A stretch of DNA of 64,000 nt, from NCBI GenBank assembly GCA_964527995.1, contig CAZGRP010000016.1, positions 806 through 64,805 of the forward strand. The letters are read 5' to 3'. Shown here one piece after another: positions 37,581 to 48,407 of the stretch. The stretch is from an uncultured Cytophagia bacterium. Its GTDB lineage: Bacteria; Zhuqueibacterota; Zhuqueibacteria; Oceanimicrobiales; CAZGRP01. The notes under the pieces are model-generated. The model was given only the letters and a program-made list of their open reading frames with translations. It made no database searches and was not told the DNA's origin. Position 1 is the stretch's first letter. Each line of letters begins with the position of its first letter. A program made the position numbers and the translations under genes.

Positions 37581-38125
37581 GGCTACTATGGATTGGTGGG
37601 GTTCTGAGCGTGGTCATCATCTCCACCGGCTGCTCCGGGCTGGTTACCATCTATCGTGGCTCGACTGACGCGGCGGAGGTGAGCAAGGAGATCAACCGCG
37701 TGGAAGTGCCGGCGAGCGATCGTTCCGAGCTGAGGCGTCTGGCCGATGAGATCCGCCTCTTCCTGGGGACGCCCTATCGTTGGGGTGGCACCACCCTGGA
37801 GGGTGTCGATTGCTCGGGACTGGTGCAGACCATCTACAAGCGCGTCTACGGCATTTCTTTGCCTCGCACGACGCGGCAGCAGTACGAGATCGGCGTCCCG
37901 CTGAAGGGATCTCGGCTGCGGCTCGGCGACCTGGTGTTCTTCAGGCTGTCCCGCAGAGGTGGGGTCTCCCACGTCGGCATCTACCTGGGGGAAGGAAAAT
38001 TCGTCCACGCCAGCTCTACGCGAGGCGTGCTCATCTCGGACCTGCAGCAGAAGTACTACCGCCAGCATTTCGCCGGTGCCCGGCGCGTTCTACGAGTCCA
38101 ACACAAGAGAGTGAGCGATGAGTGA
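37577..38125 (+). CDS. NlpC/P60 (C40) peptidase lipoprotein
   Basis: ISTGC lipobox, GTPYRWGG, DCSG, GDLVFF, HVGIY, FVHAS. Confidence 0.93.
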   Translation: MRLLWIGGVLSVVIISTGCSGLVTIYRGSTDAAEVSKEINRVEVPASDRSELRRLADEIRLFLGTPYRWGGTTLEGVDCSGLVQTIYKRVYGISLPRTTRQQYEIGVPLKGSRLRLGDLVFFRLSRRGGVSHVGIYLGEGKFVHASSTRGVLISDLQQKYYRQHFAGARRVLRVQHKRVSDE

Positions 38126-39314
38126 GGCAAGAAAGCTGGACATTGACGGGATCCAGGCCTATCTGCGCGACAGCATGCTGGATGGGTGGCTGATCTACGA
38201 CTTCTTCGGGTTGAACAAAGTAGCCCAGGTTCTGTTCGAGTTCGGCGATCATCTGCTGACACGACGGTGGTTCTACTGGATCCCGGCCAAGGGCTCGCCG
38301 ACGTTGATCCTCCACTGGATCGAGAGAGACAATTTCCCTGCGGTCGAAGGCGAGAAGCGACTCTACTCCTCCTGGCAGGATCTTCTGGCCGCCCTGGGCG
38401 ACCTTCTCACGGGAGCCGGCCGCATTGCCATGGAGTATTCCCCCGGCGCTGCGGTGCCGACGATCTCGTGGGTCGACGGTGGCACTCTGGAGGTCATTCG
38501 TTCCATGGGTGTCGATGTGGCTACCTCAGCCAATCTGGTGCAGTACTTCTGGGCGCGGTGGACGCCAGAGCAGCTTCAGAGCCATATCCGTGCAGCCGAG
38601 CAGCTCGATCGGATCAAGGATGAAGGGTTCTCTTTGATACGGCAGCGGATCGAAGCCGGCGAGCCGGTGAATGAATACGATGTGCAACGCTACATGGTGA
38701 AGCGCCTGGACGAAGCGGGATTGGTGACCATGGCCCCTCCCATGGTCTCAGTGAACCAGAATGCCTCCAACCCGCACTATGCGGCGAGTCCGGAGGTGCA
38801 CGCACCTATCCAGAGGGGGGATTTTGTCCTGATCGACATCTGGGCCAAGGAGAAGACGCCGCAGGCAGTCTACGCGGACATCACCTGGAACGGCTATGTG
38901 GGCACCGAAGTGCCGGAAAAGATCCGCCAGGTGTTCGACATCGTGGCCGCCGCCCGGGATCTGGCGGTCGAGTTCCTTCGGCAGGTCGCGCGCCGCGGCG
39001 AGACCACCCAGGGCTGGCGCGTGGATCAGGTGGTCCGGAGTTTTATTGCTGAAAAAGGGTATGGAGAGTACTTCATTCACCGCACAGGTCACAGCATCGA
39101 CACTGAGGACCACGGTAAGGGTGTCAACATCGACAGCCTGGAGACGCGGGACACCCGTGAAATTATCCCCGGACTTGGATTCTCCATCGAACCTGGGATT
39201 TACCTGCCGGAGTTTGGCGTTCGCTGTGAGATCAATGTCTACTACGATCAAGACGGACCTCAGGTCTACACGCGGTCCCAGGACCACGTGCTGGCCATCC
39301 TCGAGGAGTGTTGA
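38118..39314 (+). CDS. M24 family Xaa-Pro aminopeptidase
   Basis: NPHY, DIWAK, YADITW, HRTGH, FSIEPGIY, GVRCE. Confidence 0.9.
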   Translation: MSEARKLDIDGIQAYLRDSMLDGWLIYDFFGLNKVAQVLFEFGDHLLTRRWFYWIPAKGSPTLILHWIERDNFPAVEGEKRLYSSWQDLLAALGDLLTGAGRIAMEYSPGAAVPTISWVDGGTLEVIRSMGVDVATSANLVQYFWARWTPEQLQSHIRAAEQLDRIKDEGFSLIRQRIEAGEPVNEYDVQRYMVKRLDEAGLVTMAPPMVSVNQNASNPHYAASPEVHAPIQRGDFVLIDIWAKEKTPQAVYADITWNGYVGTEVPEKIRQVFDIVAAARDLAVEFLRQVARRGETTQGWRVDQVVRSFIAEKGYGEYFIHRTGHSIDTEDHGKGVNIDSLETRDTREIIPGLGFSIEPGIYLPEFGVRCEINVYYDQDGPQVYTRSQDHVLAILEEC

Positions 39315-39398
39315 TCGTCGCCTCCGGCCGTCGCATCGCCACGCCGGCAGTTGCGGCCGGTTTCGCCTGTTCTGAGCCACTGGATTCACAAGGCCGCC

Positions 39399-40820
39399 AT
39401 GGGAGTGAAACGAGGAAAAGAGCTCGAGCTTGAAATCGAGACACTTGCTTTCGGCGGGCGCGGTATCGCCCGACGAGACGGGTATGTTCTCTTTGTGGAT
39501 GGTGCAATCCCAGGCCAGCGTGTGAAGGCGCGGGTCACCAGAAAAAAGCGGGGTTACGCCGAGGCGGTCGCCTTTGAGGTGATCAAGGAATCCGAGCTGG
39601 CCGTAGCGCCGACCTGCCCACACTTCGGCATCTGTGGCGGCTGCCGTCTGCAGAACCTGGACTACCAGGCTCAGCTACGCTTCAAGCGCGAGCAAGTGGT
39701 CGACAGCCTGCATCGCATCGCCGACATCCCCGAACCCCCGGTGGCCGAGGTACTCCCATCCGAAGACCGCCTGTTTTACCGCAACAAAATGGAATTCTCC
39801 TTCGGCAGGCGTCGCTGGATCACGCGCGAAGAGGTTGCCTCGGGTGAGCTGGCGGCTGCCAAGGAGTTCGCCCTGGGGCTGCATGTGCGCGGCCGATACG
39901 ACCGGGTTCTCAATATCGACACCTGCTTTCTGCAGTCTGAACTGACGGCTGAGATTGTGCGCGAGGTGCGCCGGCTGACCTACGAGTCGGGTTTGGCGGC
40001 CTACAGCACGCAGGACCATACCGGATTCTGGCGCTTTCTGGTTCTGCGCGAAGGCAAGAACACGGGCGAGCTGATGGTCAACGTCGTCACTGCCGAGGAA
40101 CCCTCCCACTACCAGGCCGTGGAGAAGTTGGGCAGCGCCGTGCGTGCCAGATTCCCGGAAATCACCACGCTCGTCCACACCGTGAACAGAACAAAAGCCC
40201 AGGTCGCCACCGGCGATCTGGAGCAGGTCCTTTGGGGATCGGGCTACATCCAGGAAAGGCTGGGCAAGTATTTCTTCCGCATCTCTGCCAATTCATTCTT
40301 CCAGACCAACACTCGGGGTGCGGAACGCCTCTACGAGGTCGTGGCCCGCTTTGCGGACTTCAAGGGCTCGGAGACCGTGTACGACCTGTACTCGGGTGCC
40401 GGCACGATTTCGATCTACATTGCTGGCTCAGTGCAGAAAGTCATCGGGTTCGAAGTGGTGCCGTCCGCTATCCAGGATGCGGTCGTGAACTGCGCCCTCA
40501 ACGCGGTAAAGAACTGCTATTTTGTCGAAGGTGACTTAAAGGACGAACTGGCTCAAGTACCCATCATTGTGGGTCGCTGGGGAGAGCCCAATGTCATCAT
40601 CATCGATCCACCCAGGGCTGGCATGCACCCAAAGGTGGTGCAGCGCCTGCTTCAGCTTTCTGCCGAGAAAATCATCTACGTGTCTTGCAACCCAACCACC
40701 TTTGCCCGCGACGTAAAGGACCTCGAAGACGGCGGCTATCGACTTCAGCAGGTGCAGCCGGTCGACATGTTCCCCCACACGAGCCACATCGAGGTGGTGG
40801 GGTTGCTTGTGGCCTCATAG
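39399..40820 (+). CDS. rlmD: 23S rRNA (uracil-5)-methyltransferase
   Basis: TRAM domain, CPHFGICGGC, YRNKMEF, SFFQTN, DLYSGAG, DPPRAG, YVSCNP, DMFPHT. Confidence 0.93.
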   Translation: MGVKRGKELELEIETLAFGGRGIARRDGYVLFVDGAIPGQRVKARVTRKKRGYAEAVAFEVIKESELAVAPTCPHFGICGGCRLQNLDYQAQLRFKREQVVDSLHRIADIPEPPVAEVLPSEDRLFYRNKMEFSFGRRRWITREEVASGELAAAKEFALGLHVRGRYDRVLNIDTCFLQSELTAEIVREVRRLTYESGLAAYSTQDHTGFWRFLVLREGKNTGELMVNVVTAEEPSHYQAVEKLGSAVRARFPEITTLVHTVNRTKAQVATGDLEQVLWGSGYIQERLGKYFFRISANSFFQTNTRGAERLYEVVARFADFKGSETVYDLYSGAGTISIYIAGSVQKVIGFEVVPSAIQDAVVNCALNAVKNCYFVEGDLKDELAQVPIIVGRWGEPNVIIIDPPRAGMHPKVVQRLLQLSAEKIIYVSCNPTTFARDVKDLEDGGYRLQQVQPVDMFPHTSHIEVVGLLVAS

Positions 40821-41147
40821 GGCGCCTCCTCATTTTCGAGCCGGGTTGTACCGGACCTCGTGATGACCTGCGGCAGACTCCCCGCCCCATGCCGCAGACA
40901 AAGGCCCGAACGCAGGCGGGTGGCGTAGCGGGTCCGCGTAATTGCCGGTGCCGGCCATTACCGAGAAGTGTGCCATTCCTGTCGCCACTGCCCCTCTTGT
41001 CTATGAGAAATCCCAAAGTTGTTTTTCCTAAATCTAAGAAGCCGGGATCCGGAATGGGCTCGGCAGGGGCTTCATTTATGAGATCCAACGTTCGTGGAAA
41101 CAGATGGATAGCTACCTTCCCGCGGGAGGTATTCAGTGGTGGGGAAT

Positions 41148-41162
41148 TGGCACGCTTGTTGA
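41148..41162 (+). promoter_or_regulatory. Possible sigma54 promoter of the ald-maeB operon
   Basis: TGGCACGCTTGTTGA: -24 element perfect, -12 has GA instead of GC. Confidence 0.4.
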
Positions 41163-41242
41163 CTGTATCGGAGGGGTGTATGGCGACCCGGGAAGGACTG
41201 GGTGCACGTGGATAAAACGGTTCAAGTAAGAAAGAGGTTGAT

Positions 41243-42364
41243 ATGACCATCGGCATTCCGAAAGAGCTGGCTGCTGAGGAGCGCCGAATTGCCTTGACGC
41301 CGATCGGCGCCTACGAACTGGTACGTAGCGGCAGCCGCGTACTCGTGGAGAGCGGTGCCGGGGAGCAGTGTGGGTTCCCGGATGCGGCTTTCACTGAAGT
41401 GGGTGCCGAGGTGGTTTTCTCGGCAGAAGAGGTGTTCCGTCGCTCAGACCTTGTCGTCAAAGTGCTGCCACCGGCACGGCAGGAGGCCGAGCGGTTGTCT
41501 TCCAGTCAGACCCTGTTTTGCTTCTTCCCGATTGGGCTGGCCCGACGAGAAACCTATCAACGGCTGCTGAAAAACAACGTCACCACCATTGCCTTCGAGT
41601 CCATCGAAGACGAGTCGGGTCGCCTGCCGATCCTCGAGGTGATGAGCGAGATCGCCGGCACCATGCTGCCACAGATTGCTGGCCGCTTCCTGGAGAGCAC
41701 GGCCGGGGGGCGCGGCATTCTGCTCGGCGGCATCTCCGGCATCCCTGGCGCCAACGTAGTCATCCTGGGAGCGGGCATGGTGGGCACGAGTGCGACCAAC
41801 GCCTTCCTGGGCTCGGGCGCTCAGGTCATGGTGCTCGATCGCGATCTGGAGAGGCTGCGCCAGATCGAGCTGCAGTTTCATCACCGGGCCTCGACGGCGC
41901 TGGTTTCGCCGCTGACGATCGAAAAGGCCGTCCGCTTTGCCGACGTGTTGGTCACCGCAGTACTGATTCATGGCGAGCGCACGCCGCATCTGGTGACAGA
42001 AGCCATGGTGCGGGAGATGAAGGACCGGGCGTTGATCATGGATGTGTCGATCGATCAAGGCGGGGCCGTGGAGACCAGTCATCCGACCACCCACAGCGAT
42101 CCGGTGTTCGTCAAGCATGGCATCATCCACTACGCTGTGCCCAACATCCCTTCGGCGGTGGCGCGCACGGCTTCCTATGCCCTAAACAACGTGGTCCTTC
42201 CTTTTGTACGCAAAATGGAGGAGCTTGGAGTGACAGAGGCACTGCGCGCGGATCCTGTGCTGGCCCGAGGCGTGATCGCCCTGGACGGCAACTGCACCAA
42301 AGAGGGACTGGGTGAGCTATACGGTCTGTCGTATCGGCCTGTGCGCCGACTTCTGGAAGAGTAG
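41243..42364 (+). CDS. ald: Alanine dehydrogenase family protein (divergent active site)
   Basis: IGIPKE, RIALTP, MSEIAG, GAGMVG, DVSIDQGG, HYAVPNIP. Confidence 0.8.
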   Translation: MTIGIPKELAAEERRIALTPIGAYELVRSGSRVLVESGAGEQCGFPDAAFTEVGAEVVFSAEEVFRRSDLVVKVLPPARQEAERLSSSQTLFCFFPIGLARRETYQRLLKNNVTTIAFESIEDESGRLPILEVMSEIAGTMLPQIAGRFLESTAGGRGILLGGISGIPGANVVILGAGMVGTSATNAFLGSGAQVMVLDRDLERLRQIELQFHHRASTALVSPLTIEKAVRFADVLVTAVLIHGERTPHLVTEAMVREMKDRALIMDVSIDQGGAVETSHPTTHSDPVFVKHGIIHYAVPNIPSAVARTASYALNNVVLPFVRKMEELGVTEALRADPVLARGVIALDGNCTKEGLGELYGLSYRPVRRLLEE

Positions 42365-42411
42365 GCGAGTTCACCGACTGCAAACAACAGCACGGACGGA
42401 GAGCAAGTCCT

Positions 42412-43704
42412 ATGCGTTGGATCGATGACTACAAACGGAAGATCGTTTCTGCTGAAGAAGCGGTGGCGCTGGTGAACAGCGGCGACAACGTTTTCGCTTC
42501 AGGCAATGCCGCCACGCCCTATGTCTTGCTGAACGCGCTGGCCGCGCGCAGAGAGGAACTGCGCGACGTGTCGGTCTACCATGTGCTTCTTCTCGGCGGC
42601 GATGAGCTCTCCCGCCCCGAAATGGAGGGGCACTTCCGCCATAAGTCGCTGTTCGTCGGGCCCGCCGACCGCCAGGCCGTCAACGAGGGACGGGCCGACT
42701 ATTTCCCGATCTTTCTTTACGAGATCCCAGCGCTTTTTGAACGTCAAATCCCGCTCGATGTGGCAATCGTCCATACGTCGCTGCCGGACGAGCACGGCTT
42801 CGTTTCTCTGGGCGTCGAGACGCTTGCTTCGAAGGCTGCCGTCGAGCATGCCAAACGGGTCATCGTCCAGGTCAACGAAAAGATGCCGCGGACGTTGGGG
42901 GACTCTTTTGTGCATATCTCGCAGATCGACCGGATCGTGGAGACCAGCGAAGAGCTGCCCGAGTTGCCGCGAAAGACGTATCGCGAGGTCGAGCTGCAGA
43001 TCGCCCAGCACATCGCCGAGTTGATCGAGGACGGCGCTACGCTTCAGCTCGGCATCGGTGCGATACCGGATGCCGTGCTGTCGCTGTTGCGCGACCGCCG
43101 CGACCTGGGCATCCATACCGAGATGGTGTCGGACGGCGTGATGGAGGCCATCGAGACGGGCGTGGTGACGAACCTGCGCAAGTCGATTCACGCCGGGAAG
43201 GTGATCGCTACCTTCCTCCTCGGGTCGCGAAGACTCTATGAGTATGTCGACAACAACCCGCTGTTTGAGCTTCATCCGGTCAACTACACCAACGATCCCT
43301 TCGTCGTCAGTCAAAATGAAGGCATTGTCGCGATCAACTCGGCCGTGGAGGTCGACCTCACCGGCCAGGTTTGCTCCGACTCTATCGGCTACCAGATCTA
43401 CTCTGGTTTTGGTGGCCAGGTCGACTTCATTCGCGGTGCAGCCCGCGCCAAGAATGGTAAGCCCATCATCGCCCTGCCCTCGACGGCAAAGGGCGGGGAG
43501 ATTTCCAGGATCGTTCCTCACTTGCGCGAGGGCGCTGGCGTCGTCACCAGCCGCGGCGACGTGCACTATGTGGCCACGGAGTTCGGCGTCGTCAACCTTC
43601 ACGGCAAGAGCCTGCGCGAGCGAGCCGAGGCGCTGATCAACATCGCCCATCCGAAGTTTCGCGATGAGCTGACGGCCTTTGCAAGAGAGCGCCACTACAT
43701 TTAG
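42412..43704 (+). CDS. Acetyl-CoA hydrolase/transferase (4-hydroxybutyrate CoA-transferase-like)
   Basis: DGATLQLGIGAIP, LGIHTEM, VDLTGQV, SGFGGQVDF, VATEFG. Confidence 0.92.
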   Translation: MRWIDDYKRKIVSAEEAVALVNSGDNVFASGNAATPYVLLNALAARREELRDVSVYHVLLLGGDELSRPEMEGHFRHKSLFVGPADRQAVNEGRADYFPIFLYEIPALFERQIPLDVAIVHTSLPDEHGFVSLGVETLASKAAVEHAKRVIVQVNEKMPRTLGDSFVHISQIDRIVETSEELPELPRKTYREVELQIAQHIAELIEDGATLQLGIGAIPDAVLSLLRDRRDLGIHTEMVSDGVMEAIETGVVTNLRKSIHAGKVIATFLLGSRRLYEYVDNNPLFELHPVNYTNDPFVVSQNEGIVAINSAVEVDLTGQVCSDSIGYQIYSGFGGQVDFIRGAARAKNGKPIIALPSTAKGGEISRIVPHLREGAGVVTSRGDVHYVATEFGVVNLHGKSLRERAEALINIAHPKFRDELTAFARERHYI

Positions 43705-43764
43705 GCAACAGAGGAGGCCGTCGCGTAGCTGGCGGCCGCTTCGTCTCGAACGGGGAGCAACAGC

Positions 43765-45039
43765 GTGTTCTTGGAGTATGTCGACAAACACTCGGGTGAC
43801 CGGATTCTGATCAACCTGAAGCCGAAGGCGATTTCCATCACCATCAACACCTACACGGTTTTGACCTTCGACTTGCTGGGCCGGCCGCTGATCGCCTTTG
43901 TTGGCGGACACACATTCCTACGCAGCCTGGACAATCGTGTGCTGGAGAAGTGGCGCGTCAAGCGTGAGGATGCGTCGGAGAGGGTGCGAATGTGGTTGAG
44001 CCTTGAAGAGCGTCGTGCTTTCCTGGATGATTTGAACGCGCGTATGCGGGCGATCTATGACAACTTCCGCGCCGGAGAACTGGAGGTGCGTCGCCAGTCG
44101 AAACCGATCCGGCGCGAGCTCTTTCTGCGTGCCTTGGAGCGCATTATCCGATACGATTTCCAGACGCTCGAAGGCGAACGCGAGAAGTTTGAGAGGATCT
44201 ACAGCCGTGTTGGCATCCTGCCCCCTGACAAGTACCTGGCACTCGTGCTGCAGGCGACCGAAGGATGTTCCTACAACAAGTGCTCCTTTTGTAATTTCTA
44301 TCGTCGAATCCCCTACCGCGTAAAGAGCCCTCAGGAATTCCGCCGGCATATCGAAGAGGTCATCGACTTCTTCGGGGAGGCCCTGGCTCTGCGCAAATCG
44401 ATCTTTCTGGGCGAGGCCAACGCCCTGGCTGTTCCCATGCCGCGTCTGCTTCCTCTTCTGGAGGAGATCCACCGCTACTTTCGCCTCGGCAACGCAAAGC
44501 CCGGTAGCAATGGCTCCCCCTGGGCAAAGACCGGCTTTGATGGCATCTATTCGTTCCTTGATGTTTTTACCGGCAAGCTCAAGACCATCAAGGACTTCGA
44601 GACCCTGCGGGAGGCCGGTTTGCGTCGAGTCTATCTGGGAATCGAAACCGGCGACGATGAACTGCTCCGCTTTCTCAACAAGCCGGGTACCGCGGCCGAT
44701 GCCGAGCGTGTCGTCTGGAACCTGAAGGAGGCGGGCTTGAACGTCGGCGTCATTTTTCTGCTGGGCGCTGGTGGCGATATTTTCTACCGCTCTCATGTGG
44801 CCCGTACCGCGTCGTTGCTGCGCCGTCTTCCTTTGGGGAAGGGGGACCTGATCTACTTCTCGGAGCTGGTCAGCTGGCCTGAGGTGCCGTACGCGAGCGA
44901 AGTGCGCCTGCGGCGGATTCGCGATCTCGATTCCCGCGAGATGCAGCGCCAGAAGAAAGAGATCCTGGCTCGCGCCGGCCTGGATCGTACAAGCACTGTG
45001 AAGGTGAGTAGCTACTGTCTGAGTGAGTTTATCTATTAG
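43765..45039 (+). CDS. Radical SAM protein of unknown function with N-terminal extension
   Basis: QATEGCSYNKCSFC, FLGEANAL, YLGIETG. Confidence 0.88.
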   Translation: MFLEYVDKHSGDRILINLKPKAISITINTYTVLTFDLLGRPLIAFVGGHTFLRSLDNRVLEKWRVKREDASERVRMWLSLEERRAFLDDLNARMRAIYDNFRAGELEVRRQSKPIRRELFLRALERIIRYDFQTLEGEREKFERIYSRVGILPPDKYLALVLQATEGCSYNKCSFCNFYRRIPYRVKSPQEFRRHIEEVIDFFGEALALRKSIFLGEANALAVPMPRLLPLLEEIHRYFRLGNAKPGSNGSPWAKTGFDGIYSFLDVFTGKLKTIKDFETLREAGLRRVYLGIETGDDELLRFLNKPGTAADAERVVWNLKEAGLNVGVIFLLGAGGDIFYRSHVARTASLLRRLPLGKGDLIYFSELVSWPEVPYASEVRLRRIRDLDSREMQRQKKEILARAGLDRTSTVKVSSYCLSEFIY

Positions 45040-45051
45040 GGAGGCAATCGA

Positions 45052-47325
45052 ATGATTTCTGTTGAAGAGTCCCTTGAGTACCACCGGGGCGGACGTGCAG
45101 GGAAGCTGGAAGTGGTTGCGACCAAGCCGTGCCAGACGCAGCGTGACCTCTCGATGGCCTACACGCCGGGCGTTGCCGAGCCGTGCCGTGTGATCGAAAG
45201 AAACCCGGACGAGGTCTTCGAGTATACGGCCAAAGGCAACCTGGTGGCCGTAGTGACCAACGGCACCGCCGTCCTCGGTCTTGGCGCCATCGGGCCACTG
45301 GCTGGCAAGCCTGTGATGGAAGGGAAGGCGGTGCTCTTCAAACGCTTTGCTGACATCGATGTCTTCGACCTGGAGCTGGATACGCGCGATCCCGAGGAGT
45401 TCATTCGAGCCGTGAAACTGCTTGAGCCGACCTTCGGAGGGATCAACCTGGAGGACATCAAGGCGCCCGAATGCTTCCTCATCGAAGAGCGTCTGAAGAA
45501 GGAAATGAACATCCCGGTTTTCCATGACGACCAGCACGGCACGGCCATCATCTCGGGAGCCGGGCTGCTGAATGCCCTGGAGCTTGTCGGCAAAAAGATC
45601 GAAGAGGTTCGGATCGTGGTGAGTGGCGCCGGCGCTGCCGGTGTTGCCTGTGCGCGTTTCTACTGCATGCTGGGCGCTCGCCGCGAGAACATTCTCATGT
45701 GCGACAGTTTGGGAGTGGTTTACAAAGGCCGCACCGAGAGGATGAACCCCTACAAGGAAGAGTTTGCGGCCGAAACCGATGCCCGCACCCTGGCTGATGC
45801 CCTGAAGGGCGCTGACGTCTTCATTGGAGTTTCCGCCCCGAATGTGGTGACACAGGAGATGGTTCGCTCCATGGCCGACCACCCCATTCTCTTTGCCATG
45901 GCCAATCCCGATCCGGAGATTCCATACGAAGACGCCAAGGCGGCGCGCGACGATGTGATCATGGCCACCGGCCGCAGCGATTATCCCAACCAGGTCAACA
46001 ATGTACTTGGCTTCCCCTTCATTTTCCGCGGTGCCCTTGATGTGCGAGCCAGGGCGATCAACGACGAGATGAAGGTTGCCGCGGCCAGAGCTCTGGCCGC
46101 GCTGGCCAAGGTGCCGGTGCCCTATGCAGTCATGAAGGCCTACCGCCTGGACCGGTTGGAGTTCGGGCCGGACTACATCATTCCCAAGCCTTTCGACCCG
46201 CGCGTGCTGATCTGGGAGGCTTCGGCGGTTGCAAAGGCCGCCATGGAGAGCGGTGTTGCCCGCAGGCGCATCGACATCGACGAGTACCGCGAGAAGCTGG
46301 AGGCCCGTCTGGGCCTGTCTCGCCAGGTGATGCGGGTGATGATCAACAAGGCGCGCAACGATCCAAAGCGCATCGTTTACCCAGAGGGGGACCATGCGCC
46401 AATCTTGAAGGCGTGCGAAGTCATCCTGGATGAGGGCATGGCCCATCCGATTCTGCTTGGGCCTAAGGAGAAGATCGAAGCCCTCATCGAAGAGATGCGG
46501 CTCAACCTCAAGGGCGGAGTGGAAATTGTCGACCCGTACTATTTCGATCGCCGAGACGAGTATGTCCGGGAGTTCTATCATCTGCGCCAGCGCAAGGGGG
46601 TGACTCTGCGCGAGGCGCGCAAGATGATGACGATGCGCAACTACTTCGGCGCCATGATGGTGCGCTTGGGCGACGCCGACGGACTCGTTTCCGGGCTCAC
46701 CACCCACTACCCGGAGACCATTCGCCCTGCTCTGCAGATCATCGGGCCCCGCCCGGGCGTCACTCGCGTGGCCGGGATGTACATGATGGTCTTCCGCGAG
46801 AAAGTCTACTTCTTTGCTGATGCCACGGTCAACATCGACCCGAGCGCTGAAGATCTGGCTCAAATCGCCTTGCTTTGCGCCCGCGAGGTGCGCCGCTTCG
46901 ACGTGGAACCGAGGATCGCCATGGTTTCGTTCAGCAACTTCGGCAGCGCCCGTTATCCGCAGTCAGAGAAGGTTCGGCGAGCCGTGGAGCTCATTCATGA
47001 ACGTGCCCCGGAACTGGCGGTCGACGGCGAGATGCAGGCCGATACAGCGGTTACGCCGGAGATCATCCGGGAGAACTTTCCGTTCTGCAAGCTGAAAGAC
47101 GGCGCAAACGTCCTCATCTTCCCGAACCTCGAGGCAGGAAACGTGGCCTACAAGCTGGTGCAGCGTCTGAGTGGAGCCGAAGCGATCGGCCCGATTCTTC
47201 TCGGCATGCGCAAACCCGTGCATGTGCTGCAGGTGGGCGGCTTCAACGAGGTCGACGTAGTGAATATGACGGCCCTGGCCGTGGTGGATGCGCAGAGTGC
47301 GGAGAAGGCGGCGGTGTCCGGGTAA
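45052..47325 (+). CDS. maeB: NADP-dependent malic enzyme with PTA domain
   Basis: [40 protein letters not shown]-terminal DGEMQAD/GPIL. Confidence 0.96.
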   Translation: MISVEESLEYHRGGRAGKLEVVATKPCQTQRDLSMAYTPGVAEPCRVIERNPDEVFEYTAKGNLVAVVTNGTAVLGLGAIGPLAGKPVMEGKAVLFKRFADIDVFDLELDTRDPEEFIRAVKLLEPTFGGINLEDIKAPECFLIEERLKKEMNIPVFHDDQHGTAIISGAGLLNALELVGKKIEEVRIVVSGAGAAGVACARFYCMLGARRENILMCDSLGVVYKGRTERMNPYKEEFAAETDARTLADALKGADVFIGVSAPNVVTQEMVRSMADHPILFAMANPDPEIPYEDAKAARDDVIMATGRSDYPNQVNNVLGFPFIFRGALDVRARAINDEMKVAAARALAALAKVPVPYAVMKAYRLDRLEFGPDYIIPKPFDPRVLIWEASAVAKAAMESGVARRRIDIDEYREKLEARLGLSRQVMRVMINKARNDPKRIVYPEGDHAPILKACEVILDEGMAHPILLGPKEKIEALIEEMRLNLKGGVEIVDPYYFDRRDEYVREFYHLRQRKGVTLREARKMMTMRNYFGAMMVRLGDADGLVSGLTTHYPETIRPALQIIGPRPGVTRVAGMYMMVFREKVYFFADATVNIDPSAEDLAQIALLCAREVRRFDVEPRIAMVSFSNFGSARYPQSEKVRRAVELIHERAPELAVDGEMQADTAVTPEIIRENFPFCKLKDGANVLIFPNLEAGNVAYKLVQRLSGAEAIGPILLGMRKPVHVLQVGGFNEVDVVNMTALAVVDAQSAEKAAVSG

Positions 47326-47424
47326 GAAAATGTCCGGCACCGGACGCCGGACCTTGAGCGTGATTGGGATGCGATCGAGGCGACATTCCTTTCAGCGGAT
47401 CGTGAATACCTTCGAGGTGACCAA

Positions 47425-48306
47425 ATGGATGTGAGATCGGATTCTTTTCGAAAGGGGCTTTTGGAACTGATTCGGCGCAGCTCGACCGACCTGCCCGTCG
47501 ATGTCGAGGCTGCGTTGCGCCAGGCCCATGGTAGGGAGGAACCGGGTTCGCCGGCGGAAGGTGTACTGCGAGTCATTCTGCGCAACATCGGTCTGGCACG
47601 CGAGGCTGGCACGCCCCTCTGTCAAGACACCGGGACCCCACTTTTTTTTGTGTCGCACCCGATCGGGGTGAGCACCAACGACATCCGGAAACAGATCGAA
47701 GCTTCGCTGGTGCGCGCAACCGAACTGGCTTACTTGCGGCCCAACGCAGTCCATTCCCTGACTGGCGAGAATTCGGGCAACAACCTGGGTCGTGGATTCC
47801 CGCAGATTCACTTTGAAGAGTGGGAGCGCGACCAGTTGCGCATCGATCTGTTGCTCAAAGGCGGCGGCAGCGAGAATGTCGGCGCCCAGTACAAGCTTCC
47901 GGATACGCGGCTGAACGCCGGTCGCGACCTCGCCGGCGTGAAAAAGGTCGTGCTCGATGCGATCTTCCAGGCGCAGGGGCGCGGCTGTTCGCCCGGCGTG
48001 ATTGGCGTCGGCATCGGCGGCGACCGCAGCTCGTCCTTTCTTCTGGCCAAGAAGCAGCTTTTCCGCAAGCTGACGGATAAGAACGAAGACGAACTGCTTC
48101 GCGCCGCCGAACAAGAGCTGTTCGAAAAAGCCAACCAACTGGAGATTGGGCCGATGGGATTCGGCGGCCGCACCACGGTACTGGCCGTCAAAATGGGGTG
48201 GCAACATCGGCACCCGGCCAGCTTTTTCGTGTCGATCGCCTACATGTGCTGGGCCGACCGCCGCCACAGTCTGATTGTCCAGAACGGTGGATATGAGATC
48301 CTGTAG
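47425..48306 (+). CDS. Class I fumarate hydratase / tartrate dehydratase alpha subunit
   Basis: PLCQDTG, LRPN, KGGGSEN, GCSPG, GIGG, GPMGFGG, HPAS, CWADR. Confidence 0.92.
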   Translation: MDVRSDSFRKGLLELIRRSSTDLPVDVEAALRQAHGREEPGSPAEGVLRVILRNIGLAREAGTPLCQDTGTPLFFVSHPIGVSTNDIRKQIEASLVRATELAYLRPNAVHSLTGENSGNNLGRGFPQIHFEEWERDQLRIDLLLKGGGSENVGAQYKLPDTRLNAGRDLAGVKKVVLDAIFQAQGRGCSPGVIGVGIGGDRSSSFLLAKKQLFRKLTDKNEDELLRAAEQELFEKANQLEIGPMGFGGRTTVLAVKMGWQHRHPASFFVSIAYMCWADRRHSLIVQNGGYEIL

Positions 48307-48407
48307 CAGGATCCGGCGCCGCAGTCGGCGGTGATGCGCGGTTCCTCCGGGCCGGTTGCCGCGGTGCGAGCTACGCTGGCAATTGTAACTGGAGCAGGTG
48401 ATCGGAC

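Noticed and set aside
40672-41256. ORFs on both strands between rlmD and ald
   Set aside because: Low-complexity translations overlapping rlmD; the region looks regulatory.
43918-46863. 981-aa minus-strand ORF
   Set aside because: Antisense shadow of the radical SAM and maeB genes; no recognisable motifs, and long shadows are expected in GC-rich coding DNA.
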